A stretch of DNA of 64,000 nucleotides from Bdellovibrionales bacterium. GTDB taxonomy: Bacteria > Bdellovibrionota > Bdellovibrionia > Bdellovibrionales > JAGQZY01. The stretch spans positions 96,001 through 160,000 of the forward strand of contig CAXRHT010000003.1 in NCBI GenBank assembly GCA_964230645.1, written 5' to 3'. Position numbers and translations under genes: made by a program. A model generated the notes under the pieces. The model was not told the DNA's origin, ran no database searches, and worked only from the letters and a program-made list of their open reading frames with translations. This document shows, one piece after another, positions 11,389-26,617 of this stretch (position 1 is its first letter; every line of letters starts with the position of its first letter).

Positions 11389-12777
11389 CTATTTTCCTAT
11401 GCAAAAATCGCTGAAAATTTTATCTAAAATCTCATCGTTGTATTCTTTACCTAAAAGTCCGTGGAGTTCAGAAAGACCGAGCTGTAACTCTTGAGATATC
11501 AAGTCAGGGCTTTCCTGGCTCTCCACGAGTTCAATGGCCGAAGAGATATGGTGATCGAGAGCTTTTAAATGGTCAAAATGCCTGGCTTGGGTAATCACAT
11601 CTTTCTCGATAGATGTGTTTTGTGAGATTATTTGATTTTCGATCATTGACCTCAGTTCCGCAATTCCTTCACCGGTTTTCGCAGAAACGAAACGAACCCG
11701 GTCTGAAACAGTAGCTAAATTAATGGAATCATTGAATAAGTTTTTAACGTTGGCTAACTCGCTTGGCCCCAAACGATCTCGTTTATTGACAATAGGAACA
11801 AGATTTTTTCTTTCTAAGAAATCTTTTGGAATTTCGATCTCACTGAGACCATCGATCACGTAGAGTATGAGATCAGCATGATCTAGTTGATCTAGGGTTT
11901 TCTCAATTCCTATTTTTTCAACTAAGTCCTGGGCCTGTCTTAAACCAGCAGAGTCTAAGAACTCCACTAAGAAGTTATTAATAAACACTTTTTCTGAAAC
12001 TATGTCGCGTGTCGTTCCTTCAATATCAGTAATTATCGAACGATCACTTTCTACGAGGGCATTGAAAAGGCTCGATTTCCCGGCGTTAGTTTTTCCCAAC
12101 AAAAGAATTTTAAAAGACTTTTCCAGATTTTTACCCACATCAAAGGTGATAAGGAGTTTCTGGTTTTGCAATTCTAAGTCTTTTAGCTTTTCGTGTATTT
12201 TAGTATACTCATCAGGCTCAATATCCTCTTCTACGAAATCAATATTGGCCTCAATATGACCAAGAACGCTAATCAAACCCTCTTCCAAGAAACGAAACTT
12301 TTCCGACAAAGAGCCCGATAAATGCCCAATAAATTGGGAAGATCCCATTTGGTGTCCCGACATTACTAAACTTTGAATGGATTCGGCCTGAATTAGGTCT
12401 AAATTTCCATTATAAAATGCACGAAAGGAAAACTCTCCTCGTTCGGCTGAACGGCATCCTTGGTCTAAAAGAAGGTCAATGATTTGGTTAACAATCAAAG
12501 GATTACCATGACAGGCGATCTCAACAGTTTGATCACCAGTGAATGATTTTCCTTTTTCGAAAAATGTCATTAAACATTGATCAACTTCATTTTGATTGGA
12601 CCCAAAAACCTTAACCAACTTACAAGTGTGGCTCTTTATTGTTCCAAGATTTGAAATCCGATTAACATATTCTAGAGCCTTGTCTCCGCAAACCCGAACA
12701 ATTGCCACCCCAGCGTGACCGGGTGCTGTTATGGGAGAACAAATCGTATCAGAGACAAGGTCTACATAACGAACCAT
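11389..12777 (-). CDS. mnmE: tRNA modification GTPase MnmE (TrmE)
   Basis: [23 protein letters not shown] and C-terminal FCIGK. Confidence 0.98.
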   Translation of the reverse strand: MVRYVDLVSDTICSPITAPGHAGVAIVRVCGDKALEYVNRISNLGTIKSHTCKLVKVFGSNQNEVDQCLMTFFEKGKSFTGDQTVEIACHGNPLIVNQIIDLLLDQGCRSAERGEFSFRAFYNGNLDLIQAESIQSLVMSGHQMGSSQFIGHLSGSLSEKFRFLEEGLISVLGHIEANIDFVEEDIEPDEYTKIHEKLKDLELQNQKLLITFDVGKNLEKSFKILLLGKTNAGKSSLFNALVESDRSIITDIEGTTRDIVSEKVFINNFLVEFLDSAGLRQAQDLVEKIGIEKTLDQLDHADLILYVIDGLSEIEIPKDFLERKNLVPIVNKRDRLGPSELANVKNLFNDSINLATVSDRVRFVSAKTGEGIAELRSMIENQIISQNTSIEKDVITQARHFDHLKALDHHISSAIELVESQESPDLISQELQLGLSELHGLLGKEYNDEILDKIFSDFCIGK

Positions 12778-12780
12778 AGA

Positions 12781-13311
12781 TTATTGAGTGGTTTGGGCAC
12801 TATCCTTTTTGTTGGGATAGATTTTAATTTTTTTATAGAGACCATCACCAACCGAGCGGCTTCTTACCCTTTCATCATTAGCTAGAAACTGATGAATCAC
12901 TTTTCTATCTTTTGGAGGAAGAGCTCTCAGGTATACAGACTTTCCTTGGTCCAACGCACGCTTTTTTAATTTTTCTGCGAGGTTGACTAAGCTTTCGTTA
13001 GCCTTTTCTCTATAGCCATTACAATCACATGTAAGATAAACATTCGACTCCGGTTCACTGTGTTGAAGCGCTCTTTTTACAAAAAGTTGAAAGGCATCCA
13101 GAAGAGCACCATCCTTATTAGTAAAAAGCTTTTCGTCCTCTCCAAAGAACTCGATCTTTAGTACTTCTTTGTCGTTTTCTTTCTCGGTTTTGATGTCGAA
13201 AGAAATATCAAGACCTGATCTTTCAAGCACCCCTTCTACGATATTATTTGCGAGCTCTTTTGATCCACTGTTGGTTTCTTTTCCACCGAATATTTTTGTG
13301 AACAAACCCAT
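12781..13311 (-). CDS. jag: Jag/KhpB-like RNA-binding protein (KH + R3H), short form
   Basis: RKVIH R3H motif, KH-like region, position between yidC and mnmE. Confidence 0.85.
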   Translation of the reverse strand: MGLFTKIFGGKETNSGSKELANNIVEGVLERSGLDISFDIKTEKENDKEVLKIEFFGEDEKLFTNKDGALLDAFQLFVKRALQHSEPESNVYLTCDCNGYREKANESLVNLAEKLKKRALDQGKSVYLRALPPKDRKVIHQFLANDERVRSRSVGDGLYKKIKIYPNKKDSAQTTQ

Positions 13312-13322
13312 GAACTACCTCC

Positions 13323-14927
13323 TTATGCAGCAGCTTTCCGCTTTTCTCTTTGAAAAATAAATTGTTGTCCAATCCCAAAAACCGTATTCACGAAGAAGTA
13401 CAAGGTGAGGCCACTGGGAACTGTAATCATAAAAAAACAAAATAATAAAGGTATAAACTTCATAACCTTAGCTTGAGCCGGATCCATTGGTGTCGGTGAC
13501 AAGCTCATTTGAACGAAATAGAGTGCACCGACGGCTACTGGAAGAACAAAGAAAGGATCTTGATAGCTCAAATCCTGAATCCAAAAAATGAAAGGGGATT
13601 TATACAACTCAACACTTTGCCCTAACACTGAATAAAGCGCCAGGAACACAGGAAGCTGTAAAAGCATCGGTAAGCATCCACCAATAGGATTGGCTTTTTC
13701 CTGTTTCATTAGAGCCATTGTTTCCTGATTCACTCTTTGAGGATCATCTTTGTATTTTTCTTTAATTGCTTTCAACTGAGGTTGGATCTTTTGCATCTTC
13801 TTCATAGACTTATAAGAAGAGATGTTAATTGGAAGCAACAGCATCCTAATAAAGACTGTTAGTAATATAATAGCTAAGCCCCAATTACTGAGAAGCCCAT
13901 AAAGCCATTTAAGCATTCGTAAAATAGGCTTACTAAGAATACTAAACATTCCATAGTCGATAAGTTCTACGAATTGTGGCCCCAGAGTTTTAAGAATGTC
14001 GTACTGCTTTGGTCCAATAAAACCTTTATATTGAATATTGGTTTTTCCACCTTGGCCAAGAGTTTCATGAAATAAACTTGCATATGCCACTTCTTCTGAA
14101 GGATCAAAATAAACTCGCGACTGGGGCATTAAATCTGATTCATCTCGTAAAGCAATCGCAAAATACTGAGTTCCCACAGAGGACATCGTGGTCTTTTTAA
14201 AAGATTCAGAATACTTGGTATCTATATCGATACGCTCCCGCTCTTCCGAACCATCAGTAATAGTAAAGAATTCCGTGCCTTCATAAGCAGGGGTAAACAT
14301 AGAGGTTTTTATTTTTAAAACCTTGTTTGATAGTTGTGTTTCTAATTTTTCTGCAGGTAAGGGATTTCCACTGACAGTGACGACGGAAACATCCAGTGTA
14401 TAATTCTGTGGATTTATCCGAATTTCTTTTTGTATTGTTTGTTCTCCAACCTGAGCACGGCCCACAAAATGGTCTTTCGCCTTTTTTTCCACAGAAAAAT
14501 AAACAGGTTCATTGTTATAAAGTGTCGCAAAGTTTCCAATGTCTTTTGTGTGATTGTGGAAACGTATGTTGTTTTCGTCACGATCAGAATAATTTTTCAA
14601 GACAACTTGCTTTAAACTCATTCCTTTAGAACTTAGAGAGGCCTGAAAATTTTCATTGTCGATATCGAAAAGGTGTTCAGACTGATTCACTGAGTTTTCC
14701 ACAGATTTCTGGGAATTTTTTTCTACTTCTGATCGGGTTGCTTCTGTTGAATCCTCTTTTTCTTGAATCGCCGCTTTGTTGTTTGCTTTAGCAACTTGCT
14801 CTTTTTTAGGTTCTTGAGCCTCTGGGTATTTTTTGGAAACGTAATACTGCCATCCCACAAAAAACAAGATCGAAAGAGCGATCGCTAAAATAGTATTTTT
14901 ATCCATAAAATTATTATTATCGTCCAT
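13323..14927 (-). CDS. yidC: Membrane protein insertase YidC
   Basis: [32 protein letters not shown] and PSGLTLY motifs. Confidence 0.98.
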   Translation of the reverse strand: MDDNNNFMDKNTILAIALSILFFVGWQYYVSKKYPEAQEPKKEQVAKANNKAAIQEKEDSTEATRSEVEKNSQKSVENSVNQSEHLFDIDNENFQASLSSKGMSLKQVVLKNYSDRDENNIRFHNHTKDIGNFATLYNNEPVYFSVEKKAKDHFVGRAQVGEQTIQKEIRINPQNYTLDVSVVTVSGNPLPAEKLETQLSNKVLKIKTSMFTPAYEGTEFFTITDGSEERERIDIDTKYSESFKKTTMSSVGTQYFAIALRDESDLMPQSRVYFDPSEEVAYASLFHETLGQGGKTNIQYKGFIGPKQYDILKTLGPQFVELIDYGMFSILSKPILRMLKWLYGLLSNWGLAIILLTVFIRMLLLPINISSYKSMKKMQKIQPQLKAIKEKYKDDPQRVNQETMALMKQEKANPIGGCLPMLLQLPVFLALYSVLGQSVELYKSPFIFWIQDLSYQDPFFVLPVAVGALYFVQMSLSPTPMDPAQAKVMKFIPLLFCFFMITVPSGLTLYFFVNTVFGIGQQFIFQREKRKAAA

Positions 14928-15141
14928 AAGGCTCTACAACTTTCGGTGGCAAAGGATCAACACCACCACGACTAAAAGGATGACAACGTAAAACTCTCCA
15001 CAAAGTTAAACCAAAAGCTTTGAGGAAGTTATGCTCTAGAAAAGCTTGTTTTGCATAGGATGAACAGCTTGGATGAAATTTACAGGAATATCCTAACTGT
15101 GGCTGAAAAAATAACTGATAAAAATTATAGCTAGTTTGCAT
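14917..15141 (-). CDS. yidD: Membrane protein insertion efficiency factor YidD
   Basis: [11 protein letters not shown] and [15 protein letters not shown] motifs. Start moved to the ATG at 15141 because the longer ORF overlaps rnpA heavily. Confidence 0.9.
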   Translation of the reverse strand: MQTSYNFYQLFFQPQLGYSCKFHPSCSSYAKQAFLEHNFLKAFGLTLWRVLRCHPFSRGGVDPLPPKVVEPYGR

Positions 15142-15472
15142 CGACAGTTGTGTCGATCTTTTTAAAACACTTTTTAAAGGCTTTATCGAACTCTTCACGA
15201 GTGAGGTTTTTGTAAAAGTCTTTCTTTTTGTTCTTAAAGATAAAGTTGATATCGATTTCATGGTTTTCGAACTCACAAATACAGTCTCTTCCCCATCGCT
15301 TCAATCGGTTTCGAGTGACGGCGTTTCCTGCTTTTTTTGAAACAGTCCAAGCCCATCGAATGGTCTTTTCTTCGTTTTTATTGTGACTGACAGCAAGCCA
15401 ATGGGTGGCGTGAAAAAAACGCCCTTCTTTCTTTAATTTTAAGAAGTCCCTTTGGCTTTTAAGGGAAGGCAA
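15131..15472 (-). CDS. rnpA: RNase P protein component
   Basis: [17 protein letters not shown] motif; TTG start just after rpmH. Confidence 0.95.
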   Translation of the reverse strand: MPSLKSQRDFLKLKKEGRFFHATHWLAVSHNKNEEKTIRWAWTVSKKAGNAVTRNRLKRWGRDCICEFENHEIDINFIFKNKKKDFYKNLTREEFDKAFKKCFKKIDTTVDAN

Positions 15473-15474
15473 CC

Positions 15475-15624
15475 TTATTTCCCGCTAATTGATACGGCTA
15501 AACGTTTGCGACCTTTAGCTCTACGACGGGAAATAACATCACGTCCACTTTTAGTAGCCATACGTGAGCGAAATCCATGAGTGGTTTTTCTACGTTTTCT
15601 CTTCGGTTGGTAAGTTCTTTTCAT
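15475..15624 (-). CDS. rpmH: 50S ribosomal protein L34 (not in ORF track)
   Basis: Manual translation gives [55 protein letters not shown] upstream. Confidence 0.98.
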   Translation of the reverse strand: MKRTYQPKRKRRKTTHGFRSRMATKSGRDVISRRRAKGRKRLAVSISGK

Positions 15625-15785
15625 TTCATACCTCGTTACGACCTAAATGTACGTCTATCTTGAAGTTTCTGGAAAGGCCGTTTAAACCATAAAGCGTTAT
15701 AAACGTCAAGCTGTTGAATCTCTGGGCATGAATTGCTATGAGATGTGGAAATCTGAATTTTTTTCAGTGTATTGGGGACCTTAAC

Positions 15786-17216
15786 GTGCAAGAAAAAAAA
15801 GAACAATTCTGGGGACTTGTGAAGTCCAACCTGACCGAAAAGAACTCCGGTAACAAACTCTTACAAACGTGGTTTGAACCGACGGATCTGCTAGATATCG
15901 AGAATGTCTCGGGAAAGCCTCAGAGGTTTAAACTCGGAGTTCCTACCGAGCTTCATAAGTATTGGATATCAGAGAACTTATTTGATCGAATTTGCTCAGA
16001 AATTTCCTGCCTGATCCAAAATCCTTTCGAGGTGGAACTCGTTGTAACAGGAAAGCCCTTGGCTGTAGACCCAGAAAGTCCGACGGCTCTTCACCAGGCA
16101 ATGTCCACCAACGAGTCGGTGCAAGATGCCGCTCCTGAGCCCCAGGTGCAGCAAAGTGTGTACGTAAAACCACAGTCTAAGCAGTCTGATTTTTTAAATT
16201 CTGAGTATACTTTTTCTACTTTTGTGGTGGGACGCAACAATGAATTTGCCCATGCGACTTCCTACCGAATCGCACAAAGGCCAGGATCTGAAGGGTACAA
16301 CCCTCTTTTTATTTGTGGACCCACTGGTATGGGTAAAACCCACCTTCTCCATGCCGTTGGTAATCATATAAAAGAGAATCTTCCCCATCTAAAGATTTCC
16401 TATATTTCTGCGGAACGCTTTTTAAATGAGTGTATCTCTAGTATTCGCCGAGGGGAAATGGATAAGTTCCGTCTACGCTACCGGGAAAAATGTGACCTGT
16501 TATTAATGGATGACATTCAAGTTTTAGGTAAGGGGGAAGCTGTCCAAGAGGAGTTCTTTCACACTCTTAATGACTTTTTTGAAAAAGGCCATCAAGTGGT
16601 TGTTGCGAGTGATCGTATGCCAAAAGACATAAAAGGACTCGAAGACCGTATACGCACCCGCTTAGAATGGGGGCTTATCGCTGATATTCAGATGCCAGAG
16701 TTTGAGACAAGACTTGCTATTCTTCGTTATAAGGCTGAGAAAAAAATGATTCCTATTTCAAACGAAGTGGCCACCTATATCGCAAAAATATCGAAGAGGT
16801 CCATTAGGGAGCTTGAAGGAAATCTTAATAAAGTAAAAATGTTCTCGGAACTTCAGGGGCTGCAGATCAATCTAGATCTCACTAAAAAAGTTTTGGCCGT
16901 CCATGACGAAACAACAACCATGACGATTGAAGACATTCAGAAACTAGCGGCCGAGCACTTTAAGGTTCGAGTGGTAGACCTTAAATCTAAAAACAGAAGC
17001 AAACCTCTGTTACTAGCTCGTCAACTCTCTATGTATTTGATTAAAAATAATCTTGAAAAATCACTCGTTGAAATCGGACGAGCCTTCGGTGGAAGAGATC
17101 ATACAACTGTTTTAAATGCTTTGCGTAAAATAGAAAAAGAACTGTCTAAAAATTCCGATTTAAAGAAAGATTTCGAGGACTTACAAAACAGAATCCACAA
17201 TATCACAGGGGTGTGA
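15786..17216 (+). CDS. dnaA: Chromosomal replication initiator DnaA
   Basis: YNPLFICGPTGMGKTHLL, DDIQ, RELEG and FGGRDHTTV motifs. GTG start at 15786 chosen from the GGGGA SD; the ORF track starts at 15738. Confidence 0.98.
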   Translation: MQEKKEQFWGLVKSNLTEKNSGNKLLQTWFEPTDLLDIENVSGKPQRFKLGVPTELHKYWISENLFDRICSEISCLIQNPFEVELVVTGKPLAVDPESPTALHQAMSTNESVQDAAPEPQVQQSVYVKPQSKQSDFLNSEYTFSTFVVGRNNEFAHATSYRIAQRPGSEGYNPLFICGPTGMGKTHLLHAVGNHIKENLPHLKISYISAERFLNECISSIRRGEMDKFRLRYREKCDLLLMDDIQVLGKGEAVQEEFFHTLNDFFEKGHQVVVASDRMPKDIKGLEDRIRTRLEWGLIADIQMPEFETRLAILRYKAEKKMIPISNEVATYIAKISKRSIRELEGNLNKVKMFSELQGLQINLDLTKKVLAVHDETTTMTIEDIQKLAAEHFKVRVVDLKSKNRSKPLLLARQLSMYLIKNNLEKSLVEIGRAFGGRDHTTVLNALRKIEKELSKNSDLKKDFEDLQNRIHNITGV

Positions 17217-17514
17217 ATTGTGTATGTGGATAAAGCTGTGGGTAAAAGGTTGAATAAAATCTGGACAATTTTTATCCACATTTTTTTTAAATTTAGAAGG
17301 CGGTTTTTAGAAAAATTAATCCACAGAGATTTTTCAGGTTTATTAAACACTTAAGGAGATTTTCGAGATTTTAACAGGGCCTACTACTACTACTAGTTTA
17401 AAAATTAATAGGGGTAGTTAATAAAAAAGGGGCAATAAAAAATAAAAATTTCTCAGAGACAATTTCAACGAGGACCGGTAGTATTCATCCGTCCTGTCAT
17501 TCAAGGGGAGTGAA
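17217..17514. other. Replication origin oriC (dnaA-dnaN intergenic)
   Basis: Perfect DnaA boxes at 17225-17233 (TGTGGATAA) and 17272-17280 (TTATCCACA), one-mismatch boxes at 17237-17245 and 17317-17325, GGGC followed by (CTA)5 at 17381-17395, then an AT-rich tract. Gene orientation switches around this point. Confidence 0.9.
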
Positions 17515-18629
17515 ATGAAAATTAACGTCGATAAAAAAGATTTGGTGGCACTGCTAAGTAAAACCCAGAACATCGTAGAAAAAAGAAATACGATGCCCAT
17601 TCTCATCAACATCCTCCTGAACGCAGAGAACAACAAACTTCAAGTTTTCGCTACCGACTTGGAAGTGAGTTTGACCGACGAAGTGGAGGTCGAAATCAAT
17701 GAAGAAGGTAAAATTGCCGTCAATGCTAAAAACCTTTTTGAAATTGTGAAAGAGCTTGGTGAGGGTCCGATTACCCTAGAAACAAAAGCCAATAATCGCC
17801 TGCAAATAAATCAAAATAAATCTGTGTTTAACATTGTGGGAATCTCTCCTGAGGAATACCCAGTTTTTCCCACATTCAAAACCAATGATTTTATTGAAGT
17901 GGATTCAAAAGTTATTTTGGATATGATCGAAAGAACGATTTACAGTGTTTCAAACGACGAGACTCGTTACCACCTCAATGGCGTTTATTTTGAAAAAAAG
18001 TCTACCGATGGAAGAACCCAATTTCGTATGGTCGCAACTGATGGCCACCGACTGAGTTTGGTGGATCGCTTTACCACCGATGAAACTGCAAACATAATTA
18101 ACTCAGGGGTAATTATTCCTCGTAAGGGATTAGCCGAGGTTAAAAAGATTATTGATTTCAGTGAAGAGCCTATCCATATGGCTGTTGAGGGATCCCAGTT
18201 GATTGTGAAAACTGGAACCACCGTGTTAATGGTTCGACTCATCGAAGGTAAATATCCGAATTATCAACAGCTTATTCCTAGTAATTTAAAGAAGACAGCA
18301 TCTATTAGCCGAGAATCTCTTTTAAGCTCGATTAAACGAGTTTCACTATTGTCCAATCAAAAATCAAAAGGGGTCACCATCGCTCTAGCAAAAGGAAAAA
18401 TGGAGATTAGCTCTAACAATCCAGAACTTGGTGATGCTAAAGAGGAAATTGATGTGGATTACTCTGGGGAAGACCTGAAAATAGGATTCAATGCTAAATA
18501 TATTCTCGATATTCTCAATAGTTTCAGTGATGAAAAGTTAAGTTTAGAGTTGGATGGTCAATTATCTCCTGGTTTGATCCGCCCTGAAAACGACACGGAT
18601 TATACCTGTGTTGTGATGCCTATGCGTAT

Positions 18630-18633
<4 letters not shown>
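17515..18633 (+). CDS. dnaN: DNA polymerase III beta clamp
   Basis: ATDLE, VATDGHRL, GFNAKY and C-terminal VVMPMRI. Confidence 0.98.
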
Positions 18634-22215
<3,582 letters not shown>

Positions 22216-22223
22216 GACGATTT

Positions 22224-24698
22224 ATGAGCGAAGAATTTAGAGAAAACATTACACAGATCGATATCAATAAAGAAATGAAAGAGGCTTATTTACAATACTC
22301 TATGAGTGTCATTGTGGGCCGAGCTCTTCCTGATATTCGAGATGGTTTAAAACCAGTACATCGCAGAATTTTATTCGCAATGCACGATTTGCGTAACACG
22401 CACGACAAACCCTATAAAAAATCGGCTCGTGTTGTCGGAGATGTCATAGGTAAATATCATCCCCATGGTGATACAGCGGCTTACGATACTATGGTTCGTA
22501 TGGCTCAAGACTTTTCATTGCGTTATCCTTTGGTTGATGGTCAAGGAAACTTTGGGTCGATTGACGGTGATAGTCCTGCGGCTCAACGTTACACCGAAGT
22601 TAGAATGACAAAGCTAGCGGAAGCCCTTTTAGAAGATATTGAAAAAGAGACAGTTCCTTTTCAACCAAACTATGACGACTCACTTTTTGTTCCTTCGGTT
22701 CTACCTTCTAAATTTCCCAACTTGTTGGTGAATGGCTCCTCGGGAATTGCTGTGGGTATGGCAACCAATATACCGCCTCATAATTTAGGGGAAGTTATTG
22801 ATGGTTGTGTGGCCCTTATCGAAAATCCGCAACTTTCTTTGGATGAACTGATCGAAATTATACCAGGACCAGATTTTCCAACAGCGGGAATTATCACGGG
22901 TCGCCAAGGAATCCTTAAGGCCTACAAAAAAGGTCATGGAATTATCAAAGTAAAAGCGGTCTCAGAAATTATTCAAAAGAAAAATGATAAAGAAGAGATC
23001 CATATTACAGAATTGCCTTACCAAGTGAATAAGGCTCGTTTGATAGAAAGCATCGCTGATCTTGTACGTGATAAAAAAGTTGAAGGAATTTCTGATATCC
23101 GAGATGAATCCAGCCGAGAGGGAATGCAGATTGTTATCGTTTTAAAGAAAAACGAAAATGCTAACGTGATTCTCAATAGGCTTTATAAATACACCCAGAT
23201 GCAAGTCAGTTTTGGTATTCGAATGCTAGCACTTGATGCTCGAAACCAACCACAAACATTTGATTTAAAAAGTGCATTACAAGCTTTCATTCAACATAGA
23301 AAAGACATTGTTACAAAACGCTGTCTCTATGACTTAAAGAAAGCGGAAGCCAGAGCTCATATATTAGAGGGATTACAGAAAGCTCTGGATAATATCGATG
23401 AAATTGTTGCAACTATTCGTGCTTCCAAAGAAACTGCTGATGCTCGTGTTGCGTTGATGGATAAGTTTGAGTTTACCGAAAGACAAGCTCAAGCCATTTT
23501 AGACATGAAGCTCTCTCGCTTAACAGGATTAGAAAAACAAAAAATCATTGATGAGCTTGTGGAGTTACGTGAAAAAATTGAATGGCTAAGAGCTGTATTA
23601 AAAGATGTCACAAAAATTTATGCCATTATCAAAGAAGAGCTAATCGAAATTAAGACAAAATACTCTGATGAGAGAAGGTCGCAAATTTCCTTGGAAGATG
23701 AGGAGATTGATGATGAAGACCTTATCGCTCAAGAGACAATGGTCGTAACTCTTACGCAAGCAGGTTACATAAAGCGAATTCCTTTGGAGCAATATAAAAA
23801 GCAAAAACGTGGTGGAAAAGGTGTAAAAGGTTCAGCTCGTGAAGAGGATTTTGTTACCACAATTTTTGTAGCAGAAACGAAAACGACCTTACTTGTGTTC
23901 ACAGACAAAGGAAAAGTCTATTGGACGAAAGTTCATAAACTGCCTTTGGGAAGCCGAACCTCTAAAGGTAAAGCTGTTGTGAATGTAATAGATATCAATA
24001 AAGAAACAGTACAGGCTGTGCTACCTGTTACCGAATTTCAAGATGATAAGTTTGTTGTTATGGTCACTAAAGATGGAGTTATTAAGAAAACACCGCTCAG
24101 CGCTTTTTCTAAACCTCGTCCTTCAGGAATCATAGCCTTAACCACAAAATTAGATGACGAACTTCTTCAGGCTAAAATAAGTGACGGTAAATGTGATCTT
24201 CTGGCTGTGACGGAAAATGGCCAATCCATTCGGTTTGATGAAGGTGATGTTCGAGCTATGGGAAGAACAGCCCGAGGCGTAAAGGCGATCAGCTTAGCTA
24301 AAGGCGATCATGTTGTTGGCCTTGAGGTTCTACCGAAGGACTCCAAGCTTGATCTGATGATATGTACCTCAGGTGGTTATGGAAAACGTGTTCCAATTAG
24401 TGACTATCGCACACAAGGTCGGGGCGGTTCGGGTATTATAACTCAAAAATCCACAGAGAAACTGGGGAAGGTCGTAACAGCCCGAGGTGTAATAGACACA
24501 GATGATATCGTTATTACGACCGACCAGGGACAAACCATCCGAATGTCATGTAATGACGTCTCTCAAATGAGTCGAAACACCCAAGGTGTTCGTTTAATTT
24601 CACTAAAATCAAACGAATATGTTACTGGAGTTGCCCTCATTCACGACGAAGATGAAGAGGATGGCCCAGTGGGTAGTGCTCCCATCGATTCAAACTAA
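22224..24698 (+). CDS. gyrA: DNA gyrase subunit A
   Basis: YHPHGD, catalytic RYTE, GyrA box QKRGGKG, acidic tail. Confidence 0.99.
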   Translation: MSEEFRENITQIDINKEMKEAYLQYSMSVIVGRALPDIRDGLKPVHRRILFAMHDLRNTHDKPYKKSARVVGDVIGKYHPHGDTAAYDTMVRMAQDFSLRYPLVDGQGNFGSIDGDSPAAQRYTEVRMTKLAEALLEDIEKETVPFQPNYDDSLFVPSVLPSKFPNLLVNGSSGIAVGMATNIPPHNLGEVIDGCVALIENPQLSLDELIEIIPGPDFPTAGIITGRQGILKAYKKGHGIIKVKAVSEIIQKKNDKEEIHITELPYQVNKARLIESIADLVRDKKVEGISDIRDESSREGMQIVIVLKKNENANVILNRLYKYTQMQVSFGIRMLALDARNQPQTFDLKSALQAFIQHRKDIVTKRCLYDLKKAEARAHILEGLQKALDNIDEIVATIRASKETADARVALMDKFEFTERQAQAILDMKLSRLTGLEKQKIIDELVELREKIEWLRAVLKDVTKIYAIIKEELIEIKTKYSDERRSQISLEDEEIDDEDLIAQETMVVTLTQAGYIKRIPLEQYKKQKRGGKGVKGSAREEDFVTTIFVAETKTTLLVFTDKGKVYWTKVHKLPLGSRTSKGKAVVNVIDINKETVQAVLPVTEFQDDKFVVMVTKDGVIKKTPLSAFSKPRPSGIIALTTKLDDELLQAKISDGKCDLLAVTENGQSIRFDEGDVRAMGRTARGVKAISLAKGDHVVGLEVLPKDSKLDLMICTSGGYGKRVPISDYRTQGRGGSGIITQKSTEKLGKVVTARGVIDTDDIVITTDQGQTIRMSCNDVSQMSRNTQGVRLISLKSNEYVTGVALIHDEDEEDGPVGSAPIDSN

Positions 24699-24704
24699 TA
24701 GCTG

Positions 24705-24896
24705 ATGGATATAAGAACTGGCCTAGCCCTGGGCCTTGAGCTTTCAGGGCTTTATGGTGCTAGCTATCTTCTTCACGAACCAATAGCCAAAAACCTCGGA
24801 TTTCAGGAAAATCTTACATTGACGATTTTGCTAGGGATCTCATTGGTGATATGGACAGCGCATGCCTATTTTTACTTCGAAAAGAGATCAAAGTAA
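24705..24896 (+). CDS. Small two-TM membrane protein, probable AtpZ/AtpI-family accessory factor
   Basis: 63 aa, two hydrophobic segments, LGLEL motif, position before atpI-atpB. Confidence 0.55.
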   Translation: MDIRTGLALGLELSGLYGASYLLHEPIAKNLGFQENLTLTILLGISLVIWTAHAYFYFEKRSK

Positions 24897-25230
24897 TATC
24901 ACTCTTTTCTTTGCTATTCAGGGCTTAGTTACCCTACTATTATTGGTAGCAACATATAGCGTCATTTCCCAAAACCAATTCCTCTCCTTGGCCATGGCTC
25001 AGGTTCTCGTGTGGTTTAGTTTATTGAGTTTTGCGATATTCGCATATTTGTTTTTTTTGAAAAAAAACGTTGCGTTACTCGTCGGTGTCATTGTATTCAA
25101 GTGGCCTATTTTAATTTGGTTGGTATACAAAATGACCGGTTTAATCAGTATTTCTCCGGTGTTCTTCGCACTGGGATTCATGTCCCCGATCATCGGCGCG
25201 ATTATTTGGTCATTTTTGCAGAAAGAATAG
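24862..25230 (+). CDS. atpI: Four-TM protein, probable ATP synthase protein I
   Basis: 122 aa, four hydrophobic helices, directly upstream of atpB. Confidence 0.6.
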   Translation: MPIFTSKRDQSNITLFFAIQGLVTLLLLVATYSVISQNQFLSLAMAQVLVWFSLLSFAIFAYLFFLKKNVALLVGVIVFKWPILIWLVYKMTGLISISPVFFALGFMSPIIGAIIWSFLQKE

Positions 25231-25239
25231 GACGAAAAA

Positions 25240-25962
25240 TTGTCAGCATCTCATTTCAATTTTACACAGATGATTCAAGGAGTAGACCATAGTAATCATC
25301 ACGTTGCCACAGCGGCGATCGTGACAGGTGGTCTTATTGTCTTCTCTCTTGCTGGTAGAATGGCTCTTGGATCTGGTGAAAAAGCAATCGTTCCTGCTGG
25401 GCGTTTTTCTTTAAAAGGCGTATTCGAGGTTCTTACCGAATTTATAGTCAGTTTGACGGAAACGGTGTTGGGCAAAGGCAATCTCATTTATGTCCCTCTT
25501 TTTGCCTCGATCTTTTTATTTATTTTAGTAAACAATATTGTGGGACTCCTTCCAGGAATGACCCCTCCTACAGATAATTTTAATACTACGTTTGCTGTCG
25601 GAATTTTTTCATTTATTACCTACCATTTCGTAGGAATTACCCAGCGTGGAGTAAAGTACTACGAGGATTTCGTTGGACATTTACCTTTAAGCTTTTTTCT
25701 TTTATGGCCCGTCTTGATTCCTATCGAGTTACTTTCTCATGCGTTTAGACCTGTAAGTTTAGGTCTTCGATTGGCGGGAAATATGACGGGAGACCATGCG
25801 GTGGTCGGAGTCTTTCTAGAGATTCTACCGGCTCCCTTTGTTTATTTTGTTCCGATAGTTTTTTATGCGCTTGGATTACTTGTATGTTTTATTCAAGCCT
25901 TTGTCTTTACCCTGTTGTCTATGACCTATGTCATGATGGCTCAACCTCACGATGATCATTAA
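25240..25962 (+). CDS. atpB: ATP synthase F0 subunit a
   Basis: RPVSLGLRLAGNMTGDH and IQAFVFTLLSMTY motifs; TTG start. Confidence 0.98.
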   Translation: MSASHFNFTQMIQGVDHSNHHVATAAIVTGGLIVFSLAGRMALGSGEKAIVPAGRFSLKGVFEVLTEFIVSLTETVLGKGNLIYVPLFASIFLFILVNNIVGLLPGMTPPTDNFNTTFAVGIFSFITYHFVGITQRGVKYYEDFVGHLPLSFFLLWPVLIPIELLSHAFRPVSLGLRLAGNMTGDHAVVGVFLEILPAPFVYFVPIVFYALGLLVCFIQAFVFTLLSMTYVMMAQPHDDH

Positions 25963-25981
25963 TAAAAAAGGAGTAACTTCG

Positions 25982-26332
25982 ATGAAAATGTATAACAAAA
26001 TTGCGATGACCTTAGGGGTAATTTTCTTTTCAACGCAAGCCCTCGCTGCAGAAGGTGGATTCTCACTTGGTGAAATCTCTGATGCTTCATTTCTTGGACT
26101 TGTAGGACTTGGTGCTGGACTTGGTGTAGGCTTAGCTGCATTTGGTGCTGCTTCTGGACAAGGTAAAGCCGCTGCTGCTGCACTTGAAGGAATCGCAAGA
26201 AATCCTTCTGCTGGTGGAAAAATGTTCGTACCTCTAGTACTTTCACTCGCCCTAATGGAATCTCTTGTTATTTTCTCTTTCCTAGTAACAAACGGTCTTG
26301 CCGGTTCTCTAGGCGGAGTACTTGGTCAGTAA
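25982..26332 (+). CDS. atpE: ATP synthase F0 subunit c with N-terminal extension
   Basis: GxGxGxG repeats, ARNP loop, ion-binding Glu in LMESL; AGGAG SD before the ATG at 25982. Confidence 0.97.
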   Translation: MKMYNKIAMTLGVIFFSTQALAAEGGFSLGEISDASFLGLVGLGAGLGVGLAAFGAASGQGKAAAAALEGIARNPSAGGKMFVPLVLSLALMESLVIFSFLVTNGLAGSLGGVLGQ

Positions 26333-26355
26333 TTAAAACGGCCATTTTCGATTTC

Positions 26356-26412
26356 AAAAAAGGTCTTTTGCCTGACAGTCATTTTCGACGTTTGGTTGAA
26401 GGCCTTTTTTTT
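26356..26412 (+). terminator. Long hairpin terminator after atpE
   Basis: AAAAAAGGTCTT ... GAAGGCCTTTTTTTT with internal pairing and a U-run. Confidence 0.7.
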
Positions 26413-26582
26413 GCCCAAAAAAAGAAACAAAGGGTTTAAAATCCCCTGGACTCTTGTCTAGTTAAATTCAATTTTATAGGACCGATTGAACTAAAAATTC
26501 ACTATCTTTTAAGGCTTTAGCCGCTAAGACCTTTCGTTCCTGAACCTTGGTCCATTTGGTTTTAAAAAATCCAAAGAAAACG

Positions 26583-26610
26583 TAAATTTAGAGCTTTATT
26601 GAGCCGATAA
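26583..26610 (+). promoter_or_regulatory. Putative sigma28 promoter
   Basis: TAAA (26583-26586), 16-nt spacer, consensus GCCGATAA (26603-26610), 7 nt before the ATG at 26618. Confidence 0.65.
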
Positions 26611-26617
26611 AGCTTAT

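Noticed and set aside
14485..14703. Two TTTTCCACA boxes inside yidC (another lies at 61291)
   Set aside because: Several matches to the relaxed DnaA consensus are expected by chance in 64 kb of AT-rich DNA, and these are in coding sequence with no origin-like context.
25982..26332. Na+-translocating ATP synthase, suggested by Gln and ES in subunit c
   Set aside because: The motif is incomplete (ESLVIF rather than ESTxxY), and similar partial motifs occur in H+-coupled c-rings.
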